Positions 26,568-35,892 of a stretch of 39,943 nt of DNA are shown here, one piece after another. Made by a program: the position numbers and the translations under genes. Below the pieces are notes generated by a model, which searched no databases, was not told the DNA's origin, and worked only from the letters and a program-made list of their open reading frames with translations. Each line of letters starts with the position of its first letter. The stretch's first letter is position 1. Source of the DNA: a virus (lineage: Duplodnaviria; Caudoviricetes); the IMG/VR virus record IMGVR_UViG_3300043431_000166, positions 1 to 39,943 of that record; one strand, given 5' to 3'.

Positions 26568-27317
26568 ATGATCCGCACACCGTCTACAGTTTGGACAGAA
26601 GAAAAAATGCTTGGCTTGCGTTATCTACTGAGCGCGAAGCAGGTGAGCCGCGTGTATAGGGCTGCCGGGTGCCCGGACCCGGAATACCGAGAGGTTTGGA
26701 GGTCATTAACCCCCGGAGAGCGCACATATCTTCTGGTGTTCTGGAGCGCCACGCGTCTTCGGTTCACGAACAAACTAGTAGCTTTGTGTGGGGGTGATCG
26801 AGCCAAAGCCCTAGCTATACGAGAGGATCTTAGGAAAGACAACAAGATGACCGAGCGGGGTTTGTTGACCGCTACTCCAGCGCAAAGGGAAGAAGACGCT
26901 CGGAACCGGGCCAAGCGCCGCGAAGATCGGGGTACGCCTGAAAATGCGCCATATCGCTCACCACGATTTAACCGCAATGATGTACCTGCTGAGGCTCTGA
27001 ACCGCGATCTGGAGCCAATGCTAGGACCCGCGAAGTCCGATCCCGTTTGGCTACCTGAATACGACCGCCCCCCCGCACCCGTGCGTAAGGTAAGTATAGA
27101 AGAGTATGAGGCTACAAAACAGCGACCAAAGAAAGGAGATAAAAATTTGAGTTTTTTACCTAAAGTTAATTCGGGATCTGCCGATAAGATGTATGAGGGG
27201 TTGATGGAGGATGAGGTTTTCAGTCAAGAACACCAAGACTACCGCCGCGATATGGCGGGCTACGACGACCCTAGACACGAAGACGGCCCATACAACCCAC
27301 GCTATAGTGCAGAGTGA
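26568..27317 (+). CDS. hypothetical protein
   Basis: TAAGGA SD, 249 aa; shares an LP.YD.P..PVR.V.I.EY.AT motif with the next gene. Confidence 0.65.
   Translation: MIRTPSTVWTEEKMLGLRYLLSAKQVSRVYRAAGCPDPEYREVWRSLTPGERTYLLVFWSATRLRFTNKLVALCGGDRAKALAIREDLRKDNKMTERGLLTATPAQREEDARNRAKRREDRGTPENAPYRSPRFNRNDVPAEALNRDLEPMLGPAKSDPVWLPEYDRPPAPVRKVSIEEYEATKQRPKKGDKNLSFLPKVNSGSADKMYEGLMEDEVFSQEHQDYRRDMAGYDDPRHEDGPYNPRYSAE
27161..27188 (+). promoter_or_regulatory. sigma-28-type promoter (intragenic)
   Basis: TAAAGTT-N12-GCCGATAAG, a perfect consensus inside 26568-27317. Confidence 0.8.
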
Positions 27318-27326
27318 GACTTTGAC

Positions 27327-27584
27327 ATGAGGAGAGATTTAGTGCAGATATTTCAAGATCTTGAGTCCGGCGCTGAGCCGCTGTACTACGAGACTCCCGA
27401 GACGTTTATCGATGTCCGGCTGCCGTCGTATGACAAACCCAAGGGCGGACCAGTCCGATCCGTACCGATCGCCGAATACCTCGCTACGAGGCGTTCTAAG
27501 GCTGGGCAATACCGTGATAGCGGCCCCCCGTCTTCGGGAGATCCCACAGAAAAAGGCTCTAAAAAAGGTGAGGGAAATACATGA
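27327..27584 (+). CDS. hypothetical protein
   Basis: Shared motif with the upstream gene; ATGA coupled to the next gene. Confidence 0.6.
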   Translation: MRRDLVQIFQDLESGAEPLYYETPETFIDVRLPSYDKPKGGPVRSVPIAEYLATRRSKAGQYRDSGPPSSGDPTEKGSKKGEGNT

Positions 27585-27835
27585 GTTACGCACCCCCCCG
27601 ATTGCCGTTTCGGAGCCCTCATACACTGGACGGCGACCTGCCTACAGTGGTCACGGCAAACGTCATCCTGTACCCCTACTCAGCCAAGCAGGTCATGTCG
27701 ATTAGGCGGGGCAGAAACTTTGAGAGCGGCACCCTGTTGACCAACGCGGAAGCCAAGCAGCTAGTGCGGCGACTGACCGTGCCGACACCCGCAGAACAGG
27801 CCGAGCTACTCAAGGAGTGGAACAATGCAAGGTAA
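27581..27835 (+). CDS. hypothetical protein
   Basis: Overlaps both neighbours; GAGG SD. Confidence 0.6.
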   Translation: MSYAPPRLPFRSPHTLDGDLPTVVTANVILYPYSAKQVMSIRRGRNFESGTLLTNAEAKQLVRRLTVPTPAEQAELLKEWNNAR

Positions 27836-28736
27836 ACGACGACTCAGCCCATCCAAGGCGACCTGGACCATGGGTGACAAAGCGGACACGATGTACGAGT
27901 CGTCCTGCCCCCGGTACGTGGTCTGGGAACGGCGGTTCGAAAAGGACGCCACGATCGACCCCATGTACAAGTCGATAGGCGATATTGACGAGGCTAGGTA
28001 CGCAAGTAAACTGACTTTTAATCAGGTACCTTTCGTCCGGGAGCAAGAGTTCGTCCACCCCATAGCTGGGACCAGCGTGACCATCGAAGGGCGCTACGAT
28101 TTTAAGCTTGACACTCCTGACGGACCTGTTATAGTGGAAAAGAAGTCGATCACCAGTGCCAACCGGGCTCGGGAGATTATCGACAAGGGCAACATCGACG
28201 AGAAGCAGTTAGCCCAGCTGGTGACGTACATGGCGGTCCACAAGGTCACCAAGGGGCGACTGGTAAGTACGTTCTGGAAGTGGGGGGACGATCTTGACTC
28301 CTACGTGGTGGCGGGTGAGCGCGAGTTCAGCGTGATGGTCACTCCATCCGGTGAGATATCGGTGGACGGACTCCCTTATCACAGGCACTTACGGTCGCTG
28401 CAAAAATGGTTTCAAATAACGGCTAAAGGAATGGACGAATCCGACCGATTACTACCCAGTAGACCGTTATCGAAGCCGGGTTGGCAAAACCCATGCACAA
28501 AGTGCCCGCTGTCCGCCGCATGTGATACGTATGACCGCACCAAGGACGTGAACACGTTCTGGGCACAGACCAAAGATTCCGAACCTCGGCCTGGGAAGCC
28601 AGCCGAAATTATAGCACCCAAAGTTAAGAAAGGTAGAAAGAATGAGCAAGATTCAATTTCAAACCGCAGCCACCCCGACACTGACACCGGAAGAATTCAA
28701 GACAAAGCAAGCGTCCACAGGTGGGAAGTGGATTAA
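27825..28736 (+). CDS. Cas4-like PD-(D/E)XK exonuclease
   Basis: SCPR, GRYD...VEKKS, QLVTYM and C-terminal CTKCPLSAAC (1+3 Cys Fe-S pattern). Confidence 0.75.
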   Translation: MQGKRRLSPSKATWTMGDKADTMYESSCPRYVVWERRFEKDATIDPMYKSIGDIDEARYASKLTFNQVPFVREQEFVHPIAGTSVTIEGRYDFKLDTPDGPVIVEKKSITSANRAREIIDKGNIDEKQLAQLVTYMAVHKVTKGRLVSTFWKWGDDLDSYVVAGEREFSVMVTPSGEISVDGLPYHRHLRSLQKWFQITAKGMDESDRLLPSRPLSKPGWQNPCTKCPLSAACDTYDRTKDVNTFWAQTKDSEPRPGKPAEIIAPKVKKGRKNEQDSISNRSHPDTDTGRIQDKASVHRWEVD

Positions 28737-29304
28737 GGATCCAGGTACATACTCGCTGATTATCAAGGCGGTGGAAATCGGCGACTCCAATCAGTTCGAC
28801 TCGCAGTGGGTGGATGTCAAGTTTGTGATGGAGAGCGAGAGCGGTCAGATGACTTCGCACTTCCTTCCGATCCCCACCACAGCGGAGAAATCGTTCCTCT
28901 TTGGATCTAAGAAGTCCTTGAGTGAGTACAACAAGATCGAAGCGTTCCTTCGTGGCTTCGGTGTTGCGCTTGAGTACACGTCAGCAATGCAGTTGATTGC
29001 TAAGTTGTTCTCTGATCCTGAGAAGACTTTCGTAGGTAAGACGTTGTCGGTACGAATGGGATACACGTCGAACCACTCGAAGTTCGTCGGTAAGGACGGT
29101 GAAGTATCGCAGTATCAGATCTGCGATAAGAATGGTAACGCAGTCATCCCGACTGTGTTTGCTGGGTACGAAGCGGCTGACGCATACGCAAAACAGAACG
29201 CGATGAAGCTCCAAGGCTTCCCCAAGATCTTGGAGGTGATATCAGCAGCCACGGCAAGCATTGTCGCGGGGGCACCGGCAGCCACTAACGATCTGCCGTT
29301 CTAA
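28642..29304 (+). CDS. putative single-stranded DNA-binding protein
   Basis: PGTYSLIIKAVE N-terminal strand and C-terminal DLPF tail; follows the exonuclease. Confidence 0.7.
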   Translation: MSKIQFQTAATPTLTPEEFKTKQASTGGKWIKDPGTYSLIIKAVEIGDSNQFDSQWVDVKFVMESESGQMTSHFLPIPTTAEKSFLFGSKKSLSEYNKIEAFLRGFGVALEYTSAMQLIAKLFSDPEKTFVGKTLSVRMGYTSNHSKFVGKDGEVSQYQICDKNGNAVIPTVFAGYEAADAYAKQNAMKLQGFPKILEVISAATASIVAGAPAATNDLPF

Positions 29305-29313
29305 CAACTCCTG

Positions 29314-29336
29314 GGGGTCTTCGGACCCCTATTTTT
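29314..29336 (+). terminator. intrinsic terminator
   Basis: GGGGTC-TTCG-GACCCC followed by TATTTTT. Confidence 0.8.
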
Positions 29337-29346
29337 GCAGGATTTT

Positions 29347-30156
29347 ATGTATTACACAGAGTATTGCATCGAACCTTACTTGCGCTCAGGTACAATGATA
29401 CCCGTCAGCGCACTACAAGATTTTTACGGGAGAGACGACGCTGGATATAGTACGCACTACTGGTTTGAAGAAAGCGCTGCGCTTGAAATTCGTGCACAGG
29501 GCAATAGCGTGGGGCTCGCTCGCTTTCCTGTTTATACTCGCTTTCTCATTATCGATATTGACCGTGAGAATGATCTCTTCACTGCTTTAGCTGACACGTA
29601 TTCGATATCAAATCAGTTGAGTGAGCGCGGATTGAAACATTCCGTGTGGTTCAGCGGAGGCAAGGGGGCACACATTTACATCCACTGCGAGGAAATGTTT
29701 GGTGTTGATGTCCCCTACTCTCAGCTAACATGGGTCAGACAACAAGGATGGAAAGTAGATGAAACCCTTTATCAGCACGCTAGGCTTCTTAGCAATCCCG
29801 GAAGAAAGAGCAAAAAGACAGGAATTAGAAAACATAAAATGTTTGATCGGGGCGGATCACTTCTTGTCGTACCAAGAGTTAGCCCGCCTGAGCGCAAAGA
29901 AGAGGCACTTGGAATCACAACTGCAGACCTTGCGCGGATCGCGTTATTTCGTCTTCAGAAAGCGTTTGAAACGTCGCCTAGCTCGCGTCATCAAACAATC
30001 TGGTCTTTATCTAGCGCGTTTGCGGAAGCTGGTGCGCCTCAACGACTAACAGAGGAGTTAATGCAGTGGGTAAATTCTGTCTGGTCACATCCTAAAGAGC
30101 TGGACGGGTTGCGCCGCGCGGTATTACAAGCCTACACACAAGCAGGTAAAAAATGA
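29347..30156 (+). CDS. archaeo-eukaryotic primase (AEP/prim-pol)
   Basis: IIDID (motif I), SGGKGAHIY (motif II), VDETLY..ARLL and a helical C-terminal domain. Confidence 0.8.
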   Translation: MYYTEYCIEPYLRSGTMIPVSALQDFYGRDDAGYSTHYWFEESAALEIRAQGNSVGLARFPVYTRFLIIDIDRENDLFTALADTYSISNQLSERGLKHSVWFSGGKGAHIYIHCEEMFGVDVPYSQLTWVRQQGWKVDETLYQHARLLSNPGRKSKKTGIRKHKMFDRGGSLLVVPRVSPPERKEEALGITTADLARIALFRLQKAFETSPSSRHQTIWSLSSAFAEAGAPQRLTEELMQWVNSVWSHPKELDGLRRAVLQAYTQAGKK

Positions 30157-30590
30157 ACATTTCAGATTATGTGGAATTGCGCGACGGGGTTGTCGTATGG
30201 AAAATATCACCAAGATATGGTGTGAATATTGGGGCCCCTGTTGGTTGTTTGCGACGTGATGGGTACAGTGTGGTAAAGATCCGCCAAAAGTCATATCTAG
30301 TTCACCGTCTCGCGGTTTTCTTACGGGGCGGGGTATGGCCGGTCGTGGTAGACCATATTGACCGTAACAAACAGAACAACCACGTAGATAACCTACGGCC
30401 ATGTTCCGTCATACAGAATAGCGTTAACCGACACCGACATGGCGTGCGGGGTAGAGAGGACGGCAATTCGTTCGAGGCGTATATGTCGGTAGGCGGTAAA
30501 TATTTTCACATCGGGAGCTACTCAACGCATGACGAAGCAAAACAACAGCGAGATCGAGTCGCCAAAGAGTGGTACGGCGAATTCTATTGA
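30153..30590 (+). CDS. HNH homing endonuclease
   Basis: VHRLA, VDHIDRNKQNNHVDNLR and an AP2-like tail. Confidence 0.85.
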   Translation: MNISDYVELRDGVVVWKISPRYGVNIGAPVGCLRRDGYSVVKIRQKSYLVHRLAVFLRGGVWPVVVDHIDRNKQNNHVDNLRPCSVIQNSVNRHRHGVRGREDGNSFEAYMSVGGKYFHIGSYSTHDEAKQQRDRVAKEWYGEFY

Positions 30591-31068
30591 GCATAATATC
30601 CCGCAAGGGGTAATCGAGAATGGTGACTGGACCCCCGCGTATTTTACCGGACTGATTCGCGGAGCACTCAGACGCATCTACTTTAGGTTCCCTGGGCGCA
30701 AGGCATCGTTTGACCGAGTGCGTGTTGAGGTGCCGGGAACTACTAAGAGCGGCGCACCGACAAAGCGTCCTGGGGTCTGGTACAAGTGCGAAATGTGTGG
30801 GGCCTTAGGGAAGGCTCAGGTGAGCAAGAAGAACCCTAAAGGCTATCTGAGGATGTGGCTTGACCACGACCCGCCCCTGGTACCAGTAGATCGAGAAATC
30901 GGGTGGTCGGAATATGTGGAGCGGTTGTTTTGTACATCAGACAAGGCTAGAGTGCTTTGCGACGTTTGTCACAAAGCTTGCACCCAAATACAGAACGCGG
31001 AGCGACGCGCATGGAGAACTAATGTACGACGGGAAAAAGCCAGCAAGGAACCACCAACTGGAGATTGA
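30529..31068 (+). CDS. putative HNH-like Zn-binding endonuclease (start uncertain)
   Basis: IRGALRR, YKCEMCG, LDH.PP and RLFC....VLCDVCH. Confidence 0.7.
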   Translation: MTKQNNSEIESPKSGTANSIEHNIPQGVIENGDWTPAYFTGLIRGALRRIYFRFPGRKASFDRVRVEVPGTTKSGAPTKRPGVWYKCEMCGALGKAQVSKKNPKGYLRMWLDHDPPLVPVDREIGWSEYVERLFCTSDKARVLCDVCHKACTQIQNAERRAWRTNVRREKASKEPPTGD

Positions 31069-32392
31069 CGCCGAAGTCTCTCGCCTCTTCGCTGAGGGGT
31101 ATGAGGTAATAGGTCTAAATCTTCCGCCAGGTTACGGTAAGAGCTACATGGCTCGGGGCTGGCAGCGTAAGTGGCCGCGTACAGACATAGTAACAGCAAA
31201 CAACAACTTGATCCGCCAGTATCAGAAAGACTACCCTGAGCTGAACGCGGTAATGGGAAAAGACAACTATGACACATCCGAGACATACGAAACAGCAAAA
31301 CGGAATGCCAGGCGTCAGGCGCAGTCAATATTTAACCCTCTGTCTGCTATATTCACGTGCCCAAGGTCGGAACGATCGGTTGAATATATCGTGGTCGATG
31401 AAGCGCATACTCTTGGCGAAATGCTTCGCTCCAGCGCCACGTGTACGCTTAATACATCGTCGTCGGGTCTTCCGAAAGGGATCACCAGTGAGTATCAGCT
31501 TGTTCGGTGGATCAAGCAACGATTTTATGAACTGAGAGAGGCCGCGACCACCCGGCCCACCAAGCAAATAGTACGTCAGTACGAACAGATAGGGGTGCTC
31601 TACTACGCAGCCGTGGGCCAGGAACAGAACTCGGTATTCTCTCTGACTCGGGTCCGAAAGTCTATCAAGGGCCGCCAGCTGGAACAACTGCATATCGACG
31701 TTGTGGACTACCCGATGGGGATCGTGGAGACGCTGTTCGGTAGTGCCAAGGTGATCCTGATGTCCGGCACCCTGACCAAGTACGAGACGGAGAAACTGGC
31801 AAATGGACGCAAATGGGCTTGGGTGACCCGGCCTTATCTAGCCCCGCCAGAGAACAGGCCCGTATACGTTAGGGGACTTGACAGAGAAGACCGAAAAGAT
31901 ATTCCTAAAGTTTGTTCCGAAATCCGCCGAATATATATGGAGAGCGGCGAACAACCGATGCTTGTCCATGTAACCTACGGAGATATGAATGAGTACAAAG
32001 AGTGTCTGTCCGGTTTACGAGTACTTTCAAACAGCCCACGAAACAAGGCAACGATTGAAGCGCGTTTTAGAAAGTCTGGTGGAATCTGGCTCGCGGCTGG
32101 GTGCTCTGAGGGAATCGACCTTCCCGACGACGCCTGCAGAACCATTATCATACCGAGACTGCAGTTCCCCAATAAAGGTGACATGTACGTCCAAAAACGA
32201 TTAGGGAGACCCGATGGGAGAAAGTGGTATGCGCTTAAAACTCTTGAGACGACTATACAGCAACTTGGCAGAGGTAATCGACATTCTAAAGACCATTGTA
32301 CAGGTTATGTGTTCGATCCCTACTTCGCGGCCCTATGGGGAGAGTACAAAGACGAGTTCGAGGCCCTTAACATCCGATGGGAGCACAAGTGA
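31022..32392 (+). CDS. SF2 (DinG/Rad3-like) helicase
   Basis: PPGYGKS, VVDEAH, MSGT, SEGIDLP and QQLGRGNR; start ATG at 31022 with GGAG SD. Confidence 0.85.
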   Translation: MYDGKKPARNHQLEIDAEVSRLFAEGYEVIGLNLPPGYGKSYMARGWQRKWPRTDIVTANNNLIRQYQKDYPELNAVMGKDNYDTSETYETAKRNARRQAQSIFNPLSAIFTCPRSERSVEYIVVDEAHTLGEMLRSSATCTLNTSSSGLPKGITSEYQLVRWIKQRFYELREAATTRPTKQIVRQYEQIGVLYYAAVGQEQNSVFSLTRVRKSIKGRQLEQLHIDVVDYPMGIVETLFGSAKVILMSGTLTKYETEKLANGRKWAWVTRPYLAPPENRPVYVRGLDREDRKDIPKVCSEIRRIYMESGEQPMLVHVTYGDMNEYKECLSGLRVLSNSPRNKATIEARFRKSGGIWLAAGCSEGIDLPDDACRTIIIPRLQFPNKGDMYVQKRLGRPDGRKWYALKTLETTIQQLGRGNRHSKDHCTGYVFDPYFAALWGEYKDEFEALNIRWEHK

Positions 32393-33108
32393 GACTAGAC
32401 TTCCCGTTCCAGAAAAAGACCATTCTATGTTTGTCTGACCTTCATATCCCTTACGAGCACAAGGACGCATTCAAGTTCTTGATCGCTTTGCGGGACGCGT
32501 ACGAACCAGACTTGATAGTGTCGTTAGGTGACATGGTAGACTGGCATAGCATTTCGTTTCACACCAAGGACCCGAACCTACTGGCTCCTGGTGCAGAGCT
32601 GGAGGCTATACAGCACAAGGTATCTATCCTGGAGAAGATCTTCCCGGAGATGATCATTGTGGGGTCCAACCATGGGGACCTACCAGTTCGCAAGATGAAG
32701 GACGCGGGGCTGCCCGTCCAGTTCCTGCGAAACTACAACGACATCTACGGCGTAGGTAAAAAGTGGAAGTTTGTAGATGATTTAACAATCCATCACGGGC
32801 AAGACATCATCTACGTAGCGCATGGGATATCGAAGGATGCTCAAAAAGTGGCAGCTCAGCGCGGTGTTCATCATATCTGCGGTCACTTCCATACTGAGTT
32901 TCGTATTGATTATGTTAGCAATCCAAGGAATCTGTTATGGGGCGTTAATGGGGGTTGTCTTATTGACCGGGAGGCCCTGGCCTACGAGTACGGTAAACTT
33001 ACCTTGGATCGTCCTATCATTGGTACTCCTGTTATTTTTGAAGGATTCCCGATACTAGAACCCATGCTACTATCGGAGGGCGGAAGATGGGTAAACCGAA
33101 TCGTGTAA
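32389..33108 (+). CDS. calcineurin-like metallophosphoesterase
   Basis: SDLH, GDMVD, GSNH, AHG and GHFH motifs; GTGA coupling to the helicase. Confidence 0.88.
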   Translation: MRLDFPFQKKTILCLSDLHIPYEHKDAFKFLIALRDAYEPDLIVSLGDMVDWHSISFHTKDPNLLAPGAELEAIQHKVSILEKIFPEMIIVGSNHGDLPVRKMKDAGLPVQFLRNYNDIYGVGKKWKFVDDLTIHHGQDIIYVAHGISKDAQKVAAQRGVHHICGHFHTEFRIDYVSNPRNLLWGVNGGCLIDREALAYEYGKLTLDRPIIGTPVIFEGFPILEPMLLSEGGRWVNRIV

Positions 33109-33302
33109 GTGATATCCGTACATATCAGGCCACTAGGCTTCCCGCTGACTGGGACACGTTCTGCAAGTGGCTCAAGGAGCGCACGTACCGCATGAACAAG
33201 GAATTGTTAGCGGCAGCGAAGCTAAATGAAATTCGGGAACATAACGATAAGATATTGAGACAGGCCGGACTCGGCAAATACCAACGCAAAGGAGACTACT
33301 AA
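33087..33302 (+). CDS. hypothetical protein
   Basis: GGAGG SD; stop overlaps the next start. Confidence 0.55.
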   Translation: MGKPNRVSDIRTYQATRLPADWDTFCKWLKERTYRMNKELLAAAKLNEIREHNDKILRQAGLGKYQRKGDY

Positions 33303-33469
33303 TGGAGTTCAAAGTGAGTGGAGGATTGCTCATAAGTTTGTTTATATCCGCAATATTAAATTTGATGCAGTGTGAGCGAGCTAAACTAGTAGAGTGCCAA
33401 CGTGCGTACACCACCCCGTCAGACATATATGCATGCACACGCGGTTCCGTACCCGCAAAAGGAGAATAA
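33302..33469 (+). CDS. 55-aa membrane/exported protein (MEFKVSGGLLISLFISAILNLMQC...)
   Basis: TAATG coupling and AGGAG SD; below the ORF cutoff. Confidence 0.6.
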   Translation: MEFKVSGGLLISLFISAILNLMQCERAKLVECQRAYTTPSDIYACTRGSVPAKGE

Positions 33470-33471
33470 CT

Positions 33472-34281
33472 GTGTTCAATTTTGAAGCCGAAGAGACATG
33501 TACACTGGCAGATCGTCTGAGTCTTATGATTGCTGGTCCTTCCGGCGCAGGTAAGAGTCATCTTATCGGCACCTACCCAGGCAAAGTTCTCTATCTGACT
33601 GCAGGCGCAGAGGTTCACGGTGTGGATGCTGCCCGCAAGACCGGCAAGAATGTAACCGCTATCACCCTTGATCGTGATGCTAGCGGCCCGCTCTCCGCTG
33701 ATGCCACCTTAGCCCGGTTCGACGCAGCTACGGACGCCGCCGCAGTCAAGGCTGCCGGGTTCAGGCTGATTGCGCTAGATGGTCTGACCGAGCTGGAAAA
33801 GATCGTTAGGGCCACCGGCAAATGGAAGGCGATATGCACCACCAAGGGCGGCGGTCATGACAGCTTCAAGGAAGGCCCAGCGACAATAGCCATGATGGAC
33901 CATTGCCTATCCCGCCTGCGTAACCTGCAGTTTGAATTGGGGTTGGACATCGCCGTGACCTGTATCCTGGACGTGACTGAGGTCAACAAGGCTACGGGCG
34001 AGATCGAGGCAGCTAAGCCCCGCCTGCAGAGCTACCAAGTGGCTGAGTCCATGATCCAGCAGTTTGGGGATATCGTGATTATCGGGTCAATGACGAACGC
34101 TGAAGGTAAGTCAGGCCGTGTAATCCAAATGCAGACCGATCTTGTACGGAAATCCGTGGATCTGGAAACCAAGGAGGTCAAGAAGATTTTCGGGATTACT
34201 CCACGCCTGCAGGGTGTTGACACAGTCCCCCCGTATGTAAAGGCCGATCTGGGCTCGATCCTTAATCTAAAGGGGAGATAA
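33472..34281 (+). CDS. Sak4-like / AAA_24 P-loop NTPase
   Basis: GPSGAGKS and IALDGLTELE; GTG start behind AGGAG; co-occurs with SSB and exonuclease. Confidence 0.75.
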   Translation: MFNFEAEETCTLADRLSLMIAGPSGAGKSHLIGTYPGKVLYLTAGAEVHGVDAARKTGKNVTAITLDRDASGPLSADATLARFDAATDAAAVKAAGFRLIALDGLTELEKIVRATGKWKAICTTKGGGHDSFKEGPATIAMMDHCLSRLRNLQFELGLDIAVTCILDVTEVNKATGEIEAAKPRLQSYQVAESMIQQFGDIVIIGSMTNAEGKSGRVIQMQTDLVRKSVDLETKEVKKIFGITPRLQGVDTVPPYVKADLGSILNLKGR

Positions 34282-34283
34282 TC

Positions 34284-34784
34284 ATGCGCCCCCTTCCTAC
34301 GGATCGCGGAGAATACTTTGTGGATGAGTCAGGCGGGGTATTCTCTATGCGTGCCGGGCAGCTAAGAAAACTAAAATTAAATAAGACCCGTCAAGGGTAT
34401 CTTATGGTTTGGTTATGGCGAAACGGGGTTAAGCGCCAATGGCGAGTCCATCGGTTAGTTGCGGAGTTATACATCCCGAACCCCCGGCAATGTTCGGATG
34501 TAAATCACAGAAATAGCGTGAGAGACGACAACCGAGTTGAAAACCTAGAGTGGGTTACTCGTAGCGAAAACATAAAGCACGGGTTCGATTACGGTCGGGC
34601 CAAACCAACAAGAGGTGGGATAAGTCCGCGCTGCAAGATTACGACAGAGCAAGTTAATGAAATTTGTGCATCTACTGAATCCGTTCGCGCCCTGGTCGCC
34701 AAATTTGGGGTAAGTAATCAGCACATATACCGGATCCGCCTACGTCAAAGGAGGTACGATGAATCCACTGGCAGTCGATATTGA
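34284..34784 (+). CDS. HNH homing endonuclease with C-terminal HTH
   Basis: VHRLVAELYIPNP and VNHRNSVRDDNRVENLEWVT.SEN. Confidence 0.9.
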   Translation: MRPLPTDRGEYFVDESGGVFSMRAGQLRKLKLNKTRQGYLMVWLWRNGVKRQWRVHRLVAELYIPNPRQCSDVNHRNSVRDDNRVENLEWVTRSENIKHGFDYGRAKPTRGGISPRCKITTEQVNEICASTESVRALVAKFGVSNQHIYRIRLRQRRYDESTGSRY

Positions 34785-35892
34785 AACAGTTGATGCGTCG
34801 GGAGTTTCCAGTTTCCGGTGGTGGAAGCCGGGGTTCAGTATCCAGTCCCTTGCGCTGTCATGGCGCAATGGGTTCGATATCGAGTCCTGGTTCTCCATGG
34901 ACCCCGCTCAGATCGAGGCGGCTATCAGAAGGCTGGCGGCTACGGGCCGCCCCCTTATCGTCCATAACCTGGCATTTGAAAAGGGTGTTTTTGAGACACT
35001 TTACCCAGATTTGACGTTCAACTGGTTCGCCGATACTATGCGCCTGGGACAGCTACATGACAATGGTGGTGACTGGCGTGACCAAATCTTCCTGGAGGAT
35101 GTGTTAGATGAAGAAAGCTCACCAGATCTGGGGCTCACGCTTGAGGCCGTCGCGTCCCGTGTACTACAAAGAGATCTGCATCACCACAAAGACGAGCGTG
35201 ATGACTACCTTAGATCGCTGGGAGTTCGGAGCCGCTTTGGGGGGCACATACACCTGCTACCGGCGGACATACTGGAGCGATATAATAAAGCAGATACAGC
35301 AGTCACCCTTGAGCTATACGAGGCTCTCGCGCCTCTACTTGACGGCGTATGGCAAAAAGACTGGCCACTGTACCACAACCGCACCAGATTGATGAATTCG
35401 GCATACCGTAGGGGAGTAAAGATTGACATCGAGCCCCTTGAGAGGTATGTTTACGAGATTGACCGAGATGTTGACAAGATTGAGGCCGAATTCAAGGCGT
35501 ATCACGCTCAAAACATCGAAAAGTGGGCAGAAATGACCGAGAACCCCCCAGAAGACTTCAATATTGGCTCAAATAAGCAGCTAAAAGAGCTTTTCTGCGG
35601 CGTTCTGGGTATGTCTGCCAAGCATTTAACCGATAAGGGCGAGGCACGGGTCAAAGCCAAGGAGATTACGCCGGAAGAGGCCGCTAAACAGTACCCAAGC
35701 TTCAAATCGAAGCACTTGGCGACCTGGGGGGCGTCTGGTGAGATCCTGATCAAGCGCCGTAAGCGGCTTTTGGTACTCTCTCAGGCTCTTTCTACCTTGT
35801 GGATGGCCAAGGATGGCGGCGGCAGGTGCTTCCCCGAGCAGAAAGTGGCTGGCACAAGAACTAATAGAGTTTCCGGGGGGTTACATGAGTAG
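34759..35892 (+). CDS. family A DNA polymerase, N-terminal part (3'-5' exonuclease plus thumb)
   Basis: VDIET (ExoI), HNLAFE (ExoII), DTM, YNKAD (ExoIII), RGVKID and FNIGSNKQL; ends GTRTNRVSG. Confidence 0.85.
   Translation: MNPLAVDIETVDASGVSSFRWWKPGFSIQSLALSWRNGFDIESWFSMDPAQIEAAIRRLAATGRPLIVHNLAFEKGVFETLYPDLTFNWFADTMRLGQLHDNGGDWRDQIFLEDVLDEESSPDLGLTLEAVASRVLQRDLHHHKDERDDYLRSLGVRSRFGGHIHLLPADILERYNKADTAVTLELYEALAPLLDGVWQKDWPLYHNRTRLMNSAYRRGVKIDIEPLERYVYEIDRDVDKIEAEFKAYHAQNIEKWAEMTENPPEDFNIGSNKQLKELFCGVLGMSAKHLTDKGEARVKAKEITPEEAAKQYPSFKSKHLATWGASGEILIKRRKRLLVLSQALSTLWMAKDGGGRCFPEQKVAGTRTNRVSGGLHE

Noticed and set aside
27825-28736. Cas4-like gene as evidence of a CRISPR system
   Set aside because: No repeat-spacer array or other cas genes seen; its context next to SSB indicates a recombination nuclease.
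33562-33569. CTTATCGG (minus-strand -10 box) in the NTPase gene
   Set aside because: Antisense and lacks the upstream box; probably chance.
35630-35637. CCGATAAG inside the pol N-terminal gene
   Set aside because: No TAAAG/TCAAG box at the expected spacing (TATGTCT is there instead).
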